Part shown: piece by piece, positions 1 to 9,385 of the stretch | Layout of the letters: each line of letters starts with the position of its first letter | How positions within the stretch are numbered: the first letter of the stretch is position 1 | Source of the DNA: Promethearchaeota archaeon | GTDB taxonomy: Archaea; Asgardarchaeota; Lokiarchaeia; Sigyniarchaeales; SOKP01 | Direction: 5' to 3' | Length of the DNA stretch: 33,534 bases | Assembly: GCA_004524535.1 (NCBI GenBank) | Contig: SDNY01000030.1 | Coordinates: 1 to 33,534 of the forward strand | Made by a program: the position numbers and the translations under genes | The notes under the pieces: model-generated | Seen by the model: the letters and a program-made list of their open reading frames with translations, nothing else | What the model was told of the DNA's origin: nothing | The model's database searches: none

Positions 1-192
1 CTTTTTATCCTGCTAAGGGCATTATTCCCTTTTTTTATCGTGTCATCCGATTCTTTTTTCAAGATTTGGGCAAAAAATTTGAATCTAATAATTCAAACAG
101 TAAAATTTTTAATGACTCAAGAGATCAAAAAACTTAGTACTTACAAAAAATCAAATTTAAATAACTTTTATTAGAAAAAAGGATGTGTTAAA

Positions 193-1077
193 ATGGGTAG
201 ACTTGATGATAAGGTAGTTATAATAACAGGTGGAGCAAGTGGTATAGGTAAGGCTTCAGTTCGTCTATTTATTGAAGAGGGGGCTCGTGTTATATTTGGC
301 GATATACAAGATGAGAGAGGTAAAGCCCTCGCCGAAGAGCTCGGATCAAATGCTATATATCTTCATACGAATGTCCGTATTGAATCTGAAATTAAGGCTG
401 CCATCGATTTTACTGTGGAAAAATTCGGACGCCTTGATGTTATGTTTAATAACGCAGGTTTTGGGGGTGCTACAGGGCCGATTGAAGAGATACCAACAGA
501 CGCATTCGATGTGACTATGGAAGTAATGTTCCGCAGCGTATTTCTCGGAATGAAAAATGCTATTCCGGTGATGAAAAAACAAGGTTCGGGGTGTATAATT
601 AGCACTGCCAGTGTGGCAGGACTCAGAACTGGCATGGCTCCTCATGTTTACAGCGCTGCCAAGGCAGCAATCATCCATCTAACTCGTACAGTTGCTGAGG
701 AAGTAGGTGAACATAATATTCGTGTGAATTCTATTTGCCCTGGAGGAATTGCAACACCAATCTTTGGAAAAGGAATTGGACTGCCACAAGATAAGGCAGA
801 ACGGTTAGCAGTATTGGCAAAACTCTTTTTAAATGAAATACAACCAATCAAACGAGCTGGGCTCCCGGAAGACATCGCCAAAGCTGCTCTCTGGTTAGCT
901 AGTGATGATTCCAATTTTGTTTCTGGACATGCTCTCGTGGTTGATGGTGGGTTGATATGGAGAAGAATTCTAGACCAAGATGCAGAAAGACTCGAGGAAT
1001 TTGCCCAAAGATTAGGCATTGAATCTATAGAGGAGCGTATGCGACAAATAAACGATGAAATCGCTAAAATGAAATAA
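193..1077 (+). CDS. Classical short-chain dehydrogenase/reductase (SDR)
   Basis: TGGASGIG Rossmann motif, NNAG, catalytic S...YSAAK, IRVNSICPG, VDGG. Confidence 0.95.
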   Translation: MGRLDDKVVIITGGASGIGKASVRLFIEEGARVIFGDIQDERGKALAEELGSNAIYLHTNVRIESEIKAAIDFTVEKFGRLDVMFNNAGFGGATGPIEEIPTDAFDVTMEVMFRSVFLGMKNAIPVMKKQGSGCIISTASVAGLRTGMAPHVYSAAKAAIIHLTRTVAEEVGEHNIRVNSICPGGIATPIFGKGIGLPQDKAERLAVLAKLFLNEIQPIKRAGLPEDIAKAALWLASDDSNFVSGHALVVDGGLIWRRILDQDAERLEEFAQRLGIESIEERMRQINDEIAKMK

Positions 1078-1150
1078 ATAAATCATTTAATACTTTTTTA
1101 CAATAAATTCGAATTATTTATTGAACTTCTTCTTACTATAGGTGATTAAA

Positions 1151-2323
1151 ATGGAATTAAAATACCTTTTTCGTCCTGGAAAGATTAGAAACGTCCAAAT
1201 TAAAAATAGAATTGTCCGATCTGGGACCTATGAAAGAAGGGCAACCAAAGATGGGTATGTGACTGACCGACTTATAAAAATCTATACAGATTTAGCCCAA
1301 GGAGGAACAGGATTAATAATCATGGGAGCTATGGCTGTGGACCCTAAAAGTTCTGGATCCCAAAACCAAACCTATTTATACGATGATTCCTTCATCCCAG
1401 GACAAAAAAAATTAGTTGAAGCAGTTCACGATTATTCTGATGTTAGAATTGCTCCACAATTTGTTCATATTGGTCGCCAAGCCAATTTGAATCCAAAATA
1501 TTCCCCTCCAGTTGGCCCTTCCCCAATTCTTAATAAACTTTCGAATTTAGTACCTCGAGAATTGACTGTAGAAGAAATTAGAGCTATTATTGAAAGATTT
1601 GTGGATGCAGGGCGTAGAGCCTATGAGATTGGTTACGATATGGTACAAGTGCATGCTGCTCACGGGTATTTACTTAGCGATTTTGTTTCTCCCTTCGCAA
1701 ACAAGCGTAATGATGAGTATGGAGGGAATACTCAAAAACGGACTAAAATTTTAGTCGATATTTACAATCGACTTAGAGACGAGGTTGGGAAAAATTTTCC
1801 GATAATTATTAAATTACAAACTCAAGATTTTATGTCAGGGGGTCTCACTTTAAATGAAGCAAAAGAAATTGCGAAAATTCTAGTAGATGTGGGATATGAC
1901 GCAATTGAACCTAGCGGAGGTAGTGGAGAATCAATGCTAGAATCAATGCGAGAATTAAAGAAAGCATACCCCAGCAACGTGATTAAAACTCCGGAGGATG
2001 AGAATTATTTTTTATCTACTGCTAAAGAATTAAAACCACTAATGAATAATTGTCAGTTAATTCTGGTAGGTGGTATTAAAAATCCTCTCTCTGCAGAAAA
2101 AATTCTACAAGAGAATCACGCTGATTTTATTTCAATGTGTAGACCATTGCTTTATGAACCAGATCTACCAAATCGTTGGAAGAGTGGTGATTTATCTCCC
2201 GCACTTTGTAAAAGCTGTAATTCTTGTTATTCCACAATGATAAGAGGTGAAGTATATTGCGTTGTCAAAAAAAGAATAGAGAAAAGAAAATTGAGAAAAG
2301 AGAAAGAAATGCTAAAAAAATAA
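1151..2323 (+). CDS. NADH:flavin oxidoreductase / Old Yellow Enzyme family
   Basis: KNRIV, QVHAAHGYLLSDFVSP, NKRNDEYGG, RPLLYEPDL, C-terminal CKSCNSC. ATG 1151 follows GGTGA; the ORF track starts at GTG 1142. Confidence 0.93.
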   Translation: MELKYLFRPGKIRNVQIKNRIVRSGTYERRATKDGYVTDRLIKIYTDLAQGGTGLIIMGAMAVDPKSSGSQNQTYLYDDSFIPGQKKLVEAVHDYSDVRIAPQFVHIGRQANLNPKYSPPVGPSPILNKLSNLVPRELTVEEIRAIIERFVDAGRRAYEIGYDMVQVHAAHGYLLSDFVSPFANKRNDEYGGNTQKRTKILVDIYNRLRDEVGKNFPIIIKLQTQDFMSGGLTLNEAKEIAKILVDVGYDAIEPSGGSGESMLESMRELKKAYPSNVIKTPEDENYFLSTAKELKPLMNNCQLILVGGIKNPLSAEKILQENHADFISMCRPLLYEPDLPNRWKSGDLSPALCKSCNSCYSTMIRGEVYCVVKKRIEKRKLRKEKEMLKK

Positions 2324-2470
2324 CTTAGGTTTTAAAATCCTACATTTATTCTTGGAAATATCTAAATTCATAATTTAACTTATCTATTTCCTTAAATTTT
2401 TTAATAATGATTTTCTTATTTTTTATTAAATTAATCTTTTTTTTGTAAAAAAAATCAAGAGTTTTGTAAA

Positions 2471-4087
2471 ATGAGTAAAGAGGTAAAAGATTTTATTGAA
2501 TCAGCAGAACGAGAACTGAAACATCGTTTAGAATTAGAAAAAACGATTAAACAATTACAAGACCAGATTATAAGTTTGGGGGGTCAGATACCGGAGCAGA
2601 AATCATTAATCATAGAAAATGATATTAGTCCTAAAAGTATGAGCGTTGATGCGGAAGACTTTAAAATCTTAAAGGATATGGTCACATCGCAAAGAGATGA
2701 AATAGGCAAAAAAGAGAGTAATATTAAAGCGTTGGAATCTAAAATTGATGAATTAAAATCGGAACTTGAAAAATCTAGAAAAATCATTGATGAGTTAAAA
2801 GAAAATTCAAATTTTGAGAATGCCCTGAATTTAATCGATGCCCTAAAGGAAGAAAAATCAAATTTTGAAAATGAAATTGCTGGCTTAAATAAAAAAATTG
2901 CTGATTTGGAGGAGGAAAATGAAATACTTCTACAAAATATAGATACGGCAAAAGATACTTCAGTAGTAGAAAATGACTTGGATTCAGTCGAGGCCCTAAA
3001 GGAAGAAAAATCAAAGTTTGAAAATGAAATTGCTGGCTTAAATAAAAAAATTGCTGATTTAGAAGAGGAAAATGAAAAACTTCAACAAGTTATCGATAGT
3101 GTAGAAATCAACCAAGAAGTTATTGATAATATGAATCTTAAAATTATTGAATATGTGGATCAAATTTCCTCCTTAGAAGAAATCAATGAAACCCAGAGCG
3201 AAAATATAGAAAAAATAAAATCTGAACGAGATGCAATCGCTGCTGACCTGCAGGATAAAATTGATGAATTAATTGAAACAATTTCTGATTTAGAAGAGAA
3301 AAACAAAGCTTTACGTGAAATCGAACAAACTCCTGCAATTGACCAATCAACTATAACTAATTATGAAAATAATATTATTGATTTGGAAAAAAAAGTTGCT
3401 GAATTAGAGAATGAAAACAAAAATCTAGATGAAAAAAATCAGATGTTAAAAGCAGCACTTTTATTACATGTAGATGTAGAATCAAAACATGTGGCTCCCG
3501 AATCTAATGTAATGGAGGATGAAAAGATTATTTCAATTCCTAAAGGGATTGTAGAAGAGAGAGTAAAAGAACGAGATCAAGTTATAGATTCAATAGAAGA
3601 ATCTGGTCAAATACCACAGCAAGAAGTAAGTGAAAAAAGCGAAGAAACTGAAATAAGCGAATGGATTGAAGAGCCAACGATTGAGCCCGAAACCTTACCT
3701 CTTTCCTATGATGAAGCAAGTGAAATAAGCGAGGAGCCTGAAAAAAGCGAAGAAACTGAAATAAGCGAATGGATTGAAGAGCCAACGATTGAGCCCGAAA
3801 TCTCACCTCCGCCCAAATATGAACCAAGTGAAATAAGCGAACCAAGTGAACATTTGGAACCTGTGGAACCAGAAAAATTATCAGAAACGAGTGAACCTAC
3901 CTCAACTCAAGAACAAGAAGAAGTAATTATTGAATCCTCTACAGGGAGACGATTATGTCCGAAATGCGGAAATACTAATAAACTGCTCATTCGAGAAATG
4001 CCTGATAAGACCAAAATTATTTCAGCTGTGGCAGGATTATACGGGAAGAAATATAAGTGCGGCATGTGCGGAGCAGAGTGGCGCTGA
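2471..4087 (+). CDS. Long coiled-coil protein with acidic Pro/Glu linker and C-terminal Zn ribbon
   Basis: Heptad-rich E/K/L/I region of about 330 aa, low-complexity EP linker, CPKCG...CGMCG. C-terminus paralogous to 22476..23030. Confidence 0.85.
   Translation: MSKEVKDFIESAERELKHRLELEKTIKQLQDQIISLGGQIPEQKSLIIENDISPKSMSVDAEDFKILKDMVTSQRDEIGKKESNIKALESKIDELKSELEKSRKIIDELKENSNFENALNLIDALKEEKSNFENEIAGLNKKIADLEEENEILLQNIDTAKDTSVVENDLDSVEALKEEKSKFENEIAGLNKKIADLEEENEKLQQVIDSVEINQEVIDNMNLKIIEYVDQISSLEEINETQSENIEKIKSERDAIAADLQDKIDELIETISDLEEKNKALREIEQTPAIDQSTITNYENNIIDLEKKVAELENENKNLDEKNQMLKAALLLHVDVESKHVAPESNVMEDEKIISIPKGIVEERVKERDQVIDSIEESGQIPQQEVSEKSEETEISEWIEEPTIEPETLPLSYDEASEISEEPEKSEETEISEWIEEPTIEPEISPPPKYEPSEISEPSEHLEPVEPEKLSETSEPTSTQEQEEVIIESSTGRRLCPKCGNTNKLLIREMPDKTKIISAVAGLYGKKYKCGMCGAEWR
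2840..3077 (+). repeat. Intragenic 85-bp direct repeat (2840-2924 / 2993-3077)
   Basis: Near-identical copies encoding ALKEEKS(N/K)FENEIAGLNKKIADLEEENE, 153 bp apart. Confidence 0.9.
3631..3800 (+). repeat. Intragenic 62-bp perfect direct repeat (3631-3692 / 3739-3800)
   Basis: Encodes EKSEETEISEWIEEPTIEPE twice, period 108 bp. Confidence 0.9.
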
Positions 4088-4235
4088 ATGGCGTAGAATG
4101 GCACGGAAATAAACGATAATGGATGAACGATAAATCTCTTTTTTGGACCTATTAAATAAAATACAAAATAGTATAATTTATATTAAGAAATAGATTAAAT
4201 AATAATTAATTCTTAGAAAATTAGTTATAATTTCC

Positions 4236-5012
4236 ATGTTATTTGTGAACATTAAACCATCAACTCAACTTTCTGGTTTCCTTAGTTTAATTACAATATG
4301 CTTTGCAATCATTTTAGTCTTTTTCGTTTTGCATCTTGCGATAAAGCGACAAAATAAGTTACTTTACGCATTCTGTTTATTTGGGTTATCTATAGTTTCA
4401 CCTTGGTATCCAAGCGGTATTGGATATTTGTATTGGCTTATCACCGGAAAGATCATTGCTTACCAAATTTATATTATATTGGGCACAACGGGGTTCCCTA
4501 TTATAGCATTAAGTTGGAGCTATATTTACACTTCATTATTATATCCCCATTGGAAAAAATATGTTTTACTCATTTGGGGGATACTATCAATAATCTTTTA
4601 TCTATATCTGTTTTATTTTTTATTTTTTGCCCCAGGTGCGCCAATAGATACTATGATTGCACTTAAAAAAACAGAGTTAGATATTGAATATAAAGCATTC
4701 GTTCTAATTTATATAGGAATTGTTATAATAATTACAGGGCCCACATTTTTCCATTTTGCTATTGTGTCAATGAGAACAAAGGATGATCCAAAGATTCAAT
4801 GGAGAGGGAGATTAATATTATTAGCATCAATACTTTATTTGTTCGTCGCTCCTATGGACGCTTTATTTACACCTACACCAGTATTTTTAGTGATAATTAG
4901 AATAATTTTATTAATGGCAGCTTTATTTTTTTATATGGGATTTGTGATGCCCGATTGGGTAAAAAAACTCCTAAAATTGGAGATGGAAGAACAACCAACG
5001 CCAACAAGTTGA
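4236..5012 (+). CDS. Stand-alone 7-TM membrane protein, copy 1
   Basis: Seven hydrophobic segments followed by amphipathic PDWVKKLL; no soluble output domain. Confidence 0.85.
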   Translation: MLFVNIKPSTQLSGFLSLITICFAIILVFFVLHLAIKRQNKLLYAFCLFGLSIVSPWYPSGIGYLYWLITGKIIAYQIYIILGTTGFPIIALSWSYIYTSLLYPHWKKYVLLIWGILSIIFYLYLFYFLFFAPGAPIDTMIALKKTELDIEYKAFVLIYIGIVIIITGPTFFHFAIVSMRTKDDPKIQWRGRLILLASILYLFVAPMDALFTPTPVFLVIIRIILLMAALFFYMGFVMPDWVKKLLKLEMEEQPTPTS

Positions 5013-5181
5013 AATTCAATCTCTATTTTCTGTAAAAGCGCTTTAAAATGTTTTATTGCGAATAACTTTTGTTCATTTTAATTATAATATTTATAACAAA
5101 ATAGTATAATTTATATTAAGAAGTAACTTAATTAATAATTAGTTCTTGGAGAAATAGATAAATTTCAATGTTGGTGCGAAA

Positions 5182-5943
5182 ATGGACCAATCAACTCAAC
5201 TTGCCGGGTTACTTATTTTAATTTCAGTATGTTTTGTGATCATTTTAAGCGTTTTCGTTTTACATATTGCGATCAAGCGAAAAAATAAGTTACTTTACGC
5301 ATTCTGTTTATTTATGTTATTTTTAAATACACCTTGGATTCCAAGCGCTTTTGGATATTTGTATTGGCTCATCACTGGAAAGATATTTGCTTATCAAATT
5401 TATATTTTATTGGGCACAATGGGCATCCCTATTGCATTTTTAACTTGGTTCTATATTTACACTTCATTATTACATCCACATTGGAAAAAATATGTTTTAA
5501 TCAGCATTGGGATATATTCAATAATCTTTTATGTATATGTGTTTTATTTTTTATTTTTTGCCCCAGGTGCGCCAATAGATTATTTGATTGGAATTAAAAA
5601 AACTGAGTTAGATATTGAATATAGGGTGTTCGTCCTAATTTATATAGCATCTCTTCTTATTATTGGCGCTCCCACATTTTTACATTTTGCTATTGCATCA
5701 ATAAGAACAAAGGATGATCCAAAAATTCAATGGAGAGGTAGATTTATCTTAATATCATTAATACTGTTTATGATCGGTGCTCCTATAGATGCTTTATTTA
5801 CCCCTGATCCAATATTTTTAGTGGGAATTAGAATAATTTTATTATTGACGGCTTTATTTTTCTATATGGGATTTGTAATGCCCGATTGGGTAAAAAAACT
5901 CCTAAAATTGGAGATGGAAGAACACCCAACGCCAACAAGTTGA
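5182..5943 (+). CDS. Stand-alone 7-TM membrane protein, copy 2 (tandem paralog)
   Basis: Aligns end to end with 4236..5012; near-identical C-terminus. Confidence 0.85.
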   Translation: MDQSTQLAGLLILISVCFVIILSVFVLHIAIKRKNKLLYAFCLFMLFLNTPWIPSAFGYLYWLITGKIFAYQIYILLGTMGIPIAFLTWFYIYTSLLHPHWKKYVLISIGIYSIIFYVYVFYFLFFAPGAPIDYLIGIKKTELDIEYRVFVLIYIASLLIIGAPTFLHFAIASIRTKDDPKIQWRGRFILISLILFMIGAPIDALFTPDPIFLVGIRIILLLTALFFYMGFVMPDWVKKLLKLEMEEHPTPTS

Positions 5944-6038
5944 AATTCAATCTCAATTTTCTGTAATAGCGCTTTAAAATATTTTATTACGAATGTATAG
6001 ATAGTATTATATTTTAATTGATATAATAAGGTATTATT

Positions 6039-6284
6039 ATGGTTAAAAAAATTCTCTATGAAATCATCGTTCATGAGGATAAATGTACTGGATGCCTCAT
6101 TTGTCAACTAAATTGTTCCTATGTTCATAAACAAATATTTTCTCCCTCTGAGGCCTTTATTCAGATTTCAAATCAATATAGCTTAACGCCAAAAATTTTA
6201 TTTTTGGAGGGGTGCACTCATTGCAATCAATGTGCTCAGCACTGCCTTTATGGAGCTTTAGAACTAAAAGAGGTGGAGCAATAA
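6039..6284 (+). CDS. 2x[4Fe-4S] ferredoxin-like subunit
   Basis: CTGCLICQLNC and CTHCNQCAQHC; TAATG overlap with the AOR gene. Confidence 0.9.
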   Translation: MVKKILYEIIVHEDKCTGCLICQLNCSYVHKQIFSPSEAFIQISNQYSLTPKILFLEGCTHCNQCAQHCLYGALELKEVEQ

Positions 6285-8185
6285 TGGAATGGCACGGCTA
6301 CACAGGCAATATTCTTAATGTAAATTTAACGGACAACAAAATATCAATTACTAAAGAAAATCTAGAGGATCTAAGACAATTTATAGGCGGAATGGGTATG
6401 AATTGCAAACTTTTTGCTGAACGATTTAAGCCTAATATCGACCCATTATCTGCTGAAAACCTAATTATTATAGGCACTGGACCTTTAGTCGGGACTGCTA
6501 CGCCAGGTGCCTCGCGGACTGTTGGTATCTCGAGATTTCCAGCGACCGGCGCGATTGCTAATTCCTGTGGAAGTATGAGCTTTGGTTTTCAATTGAAACA
6601 CGCCGGGTTTGACCATGTTATAATCTCTGGGAGTGCAGAAGCACCTGTTTATTTGTTAATTTGGGACGACCATATCGAAATTTGCGATGCCAGACAATTG
6701 TGGGGTAGTGATATTGTAGAAACGCACGATGCTCTTATAAAAAAATACGATTCTTGCGGCACTATAGCAATCGGACAAGCGGGCGAAAATTTAGTTTTTT
6801 CCTCATTGACTTTAATAGATAGAACTTCTACTTTCGGTCGTGGAGGGCTTGCTGCGATTATGGGATCCAAGAATCTGAAAGCAATAGTAGCGAAAGGATC
6901 TAAAGGTATTTCTATCGCACATCCGAAAGAATTTAATAAACTATATAATAATCTTTTTGAGCGCATCAGAAACTATCCTCATCGAGAATCTTGGCACGAG
7001 CTAGGGATGTTAAGAAGTCTGCCTGTTGGAATGATGTTAAAAGCGTCTGGGCAAAAAAAAAAGGCTCGACAATGTACAGACAGATTCTATCTTAATAAAT
7101 TAAAAAAACGACGTATCGCATGTCCTTCATGTCCAATGGGTGATAAAGATATTCTTGAACTTAAAGAGGGCGACTTTACAGGGCTAATTAATTATACTTC
7201 TTCGGTTATTAATCCATTTTTGATGTTTATATTCGAAGGTTTAAAATCTTATACCGAAGCAATTAAGACTTTTGATTTGATAAATAGATATGGTTTGGAT
7301 TCGTTAACCATGGTTTCACTTTTAGAATTTTGTAATAAATTGTATAAGAAAGGGATTTTTACTAAGGAAAACACGGGAATAGAGTGGAGTGCAGATGTCA
7401 ACACATTTATTCAATTAATTGAAATGATTACACATAGACAAGGATTTGGAGACATCTTGGCGGATGGATGGAATAAATTAGCTGAAACTTACGATGATAT
7501 TGGTGAGGAAATGCTGGTTGTGAAAGGTCTAGATGTAATTTTCGAGCCTCGATTTTTACATCTTGGCACAATGGAATTTGAACAGGTTGTAAACCCTAAA
7601 GGTGCCCATGTAGCTTCTGGAGGGTCTCCCACTTATGTTGGGGCTGGTTCGTCCAAGGATAAATTTATAGCTCATTTCAAACGAATGGGCATCCCTGAAT
7701 CTGCTATAAAAAGGCTTTTTTCTCCGCCTTTCCCTGAAATGATTATAAATGTTGGCAGATTAACGCGCTATTCTGAAGATTGGTACACGGTGTTAACATC
7801 TTTAGGTCTGTGTGCGAGAGCACAAATGAATCGCTTCTGGGGTTTGGAATCGGCATCAGAATTCTATAATGCTATAACGGGGATCGAGATCAGTCCAGAG
7901 GATTTAAGAATGGCTGCTGAACGCACTTGGAATTTAATGAAAATAATGAATATGAAGGAAGGATTTTCACGAAAAGACGACAAATTCCCTAAAGAATGGT
8001 TCAAACCATTAAAATTTGGGGTTAACGAGCTAGAGTTTATAGATTTTTTTGGGGAAATTAAGATTACTCATGACATCGCTAACCAACTACTCGACGATTA
8101 TTATGACGAACGCGGTTGGGATAATGAGAATGGCCTACCAACACAAGATAAAATAAAAGAACTTGGGTTGGAAAAATATCTTTAA
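6284..8185 (+). CDS. Aldehyde:ferredoxin oxidoreductase family (tungstopterin) catalytic subunit
   Basis: GYTGNIL-VNL N-terminus, FIGGMG, AIGQAGENLV, GRGGLAAIMGSKNLKAI, YGLD, YYDERGWD..GLPT. Real start probably ATG 6284, after GAGGTGG. Confidence 0.93.
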   Translation: MEWHGYTGNILNVNLTDNKISITKENLEDLRQFIGGMGMNCKLFAERFKPNIDPLSAENLIIIGTGPLVGTATPGASRTVGISRFPATGAIANSCGSMSFGFQLKHAGFDHVIISGSAEAPVYLLIWDDHIEICDARQLWGSDIVETHDALIKKYDSCGTIAIGQAGENLVFSSLTLIDRTSTFGRGGLAAIMGSKNLKAIVAKGSKGISIAHPKEFNKLYNNLFERIRNYPHRESWHELGMLRSLPVGMMLKASGQKKKARQCTDRFYLNKLKKRRIACPSCPMGDKDILELKEGDFTGLINYTSSVINPFLMFIFEGLKSYTEAIKTFDLINRYGLDSLTMVSLLEFCNKLYKKGIFTKENTGIEWSADVNTFIQLIEMITHRQGFGDILADGWNKLAETYDDIGEEMLVVKGLDVIFEPRFLHLGTMEFEQVVNPKGAHVASGGSPTYVGAGSSKDKFIAHFKRMGIPESAIKRLFSPPFPEMIINVGRLTRYSEDWYTVLTSLGLCARAQMNRFWGLESASEFYNAITGIEISPEDLRMAAERTWNLMKIMNMKEGFSRKDDKFPKEWFKPLKFGVNELEFIDFFGEIKITHDIANQLLDDYYDERGWDNENGLPTQDKIKELGLEKYL

Positions 8186-8198
8186 TTTCTAATTTAAC

Positions 8199-9206
8199 TC
8201 ATTTCTTTTTTGCGACTGACTTCTTTTTAGCGGGCTTTTTTGCCGTTGTTTTTTTAGCGACAGGTTTCTTTTTTGCGACGGGTTTCCTTTTCGCGGGCTT
8301 TTTTACCGTTGTTTTTTTGGAGGCAGGTTTCTTTTTTGCGACTGGCTTCTTTTTTGCGGGCTTTTTTGCCGTTGTTTTTTTGGAGGCAGGTTTCTTTTTT
8401 GCGACTGACTTCTTTTTAGCGGGCTTTTTTGCCGTTGTTTTTTTAGCAACAGGTTTCTTTTTTGCTGCTGGTTTCTTTTTAGCTGGTTTTTTTACTGGTG
8501 GTTTTTTAACGAGACTATTTAAGTATATTTTATATTTTTGAGTAATTTTTCCTTTATAATAAGGAACTCCCCCTTTTTCCTCCCTAAATCTTTTTTGGAT
8601 TCTTATTTTCCACTTTTGAAAAGCTTTCGTTTCATGATCGCTCCATATGGCATTTTTCTCAGTTATTCTCTCATAGGATTCAATTTCAGATTTGGAGGTT
8701 GCTGGTTCTTTAGGCTTCTCTCGTTTTATTACTTTTTTCGGTGCATCCGGTTTGAATTTACTAATGATTTCCATTAATTCATGGCATTCAAAGACATTTC
8801 CTTTATTATCGCTAAAATAAGGATGATCAAAACTGTCTAAATAGATCGCAAAATCGAAATAATTAGTGTGATCAATCTCAGGCCCCATATATTGAGCAGT
8901 AAAAACGATTACTTGAGTGTCTTTGGAGAGGTTGATGATATTTCTTTTATATTCAGAATATTGATATAAAGAAATTTTTTCAAAATCAGTAATAGAAGTT
9001 AATACTTCAATTTGATCTTTATTCTTAATTTGAATATCATATTCTTCATACTTTTTATTATTAATTGAGGCATTGAGGGCAAGAAAGGAATATTCTTCTC
9101 CTTTCTCAAGCGTCAATTCTAAGAGTGCTTTTATAAAATATTTTATATGATTCCATTCTGAAGCTTTAGCGATTCCAATGATTTCTTTGGGGATACTCTC
9201 AGACAT
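8199..9206 (-). CDS. Unknown N-terminal domain + histone H1-like Lys/Ala/Pro-rich C-terminal tail
   Basis: About 105-aa tail composed almost only of K, P, A, V, T, S. Confidence 0.85.
   Translation of the reverse strand: MSESIPKEIIGIAKASEWNHIKYFIKALLELTLEKGEEYSFLALNASINNKKYEEYDIQIKNKDQIEVLTSITDFEKISLYQYSEYKRNIINLSKDTQVIVFTAQYMGPEIDHTNYFDFAIYLDSFDHPYFSDNKGNVFECHELMEIISKFKPDAPKKVIKREKPKEPATSKSEIESYERITEKNAIWSDHETKAFQKWKIRIQKRFREEKGGVPYYKGKITQKYKIYLNSLVKKPPVKKPAKKKPAAKKKPVAKKTTAKKPAKKKSVAKKKPASKKTTAKKPAKKKPVAKKKPASKKTTVKKPAKRKPVAKKKPVAKKTTAKKPAKKKSVAKKK
8202..8480 (-). repeat. 63-bp (21-aa) coding tandem repeat, about 4.4 copies
   Basis: Consensus unit KKK(P/S)(V/A)AKKKP(VA/AS)KKTT(A/V)KKPA, visible at DNA level. 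Confidence 0.9.
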
Positions 9207-9385
9207 AGGTTTGTAACCTAAAAAAAAGAAGCTCTCTAAAATATTATCAATAGTTAGCCTTTATTTTACTCATTAAAAATAAATTAATGCTAATTATATA
9301 TTTGTATGTTTCCAATGATTAATAAATAGTATAATCACTGTATAAAAATAGTAGTTCTAATTTAAATAGAAGTAGTGTAAATTTA

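Larger units (their letters stand above)
4163..5994 (+). repeat. Tandem duplication (~4163-5064 / ~5096-5994), period about 930 bp
   Basis: Shared upstream ACAAAATAGTATAATTTATATTAAGAA and shared downstream TGAAATTCAATCTC...GCGCTTTAAAAT. Confidence 0.9.

Noticed and set aside
1-174. Open frames at the window start (frame 3 to 137, frame 1 to 174) as the end of an upstream gene
   Set aside because: Cannot choose the frame or assign a function without upstream sequence.
6212-6283. 24-aa N-terminal extension of AOR in the ORF track
   Set aside because: Overlaps the ferredoxin; ATG 6284 has an SD, TAATG coupling and the family N-terminus.
8202-8480. Periodic repeats as a possible CRISPR array
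   Set aside because: No unique spacers; it is an in-frame coding repeat and there are no cas genes.
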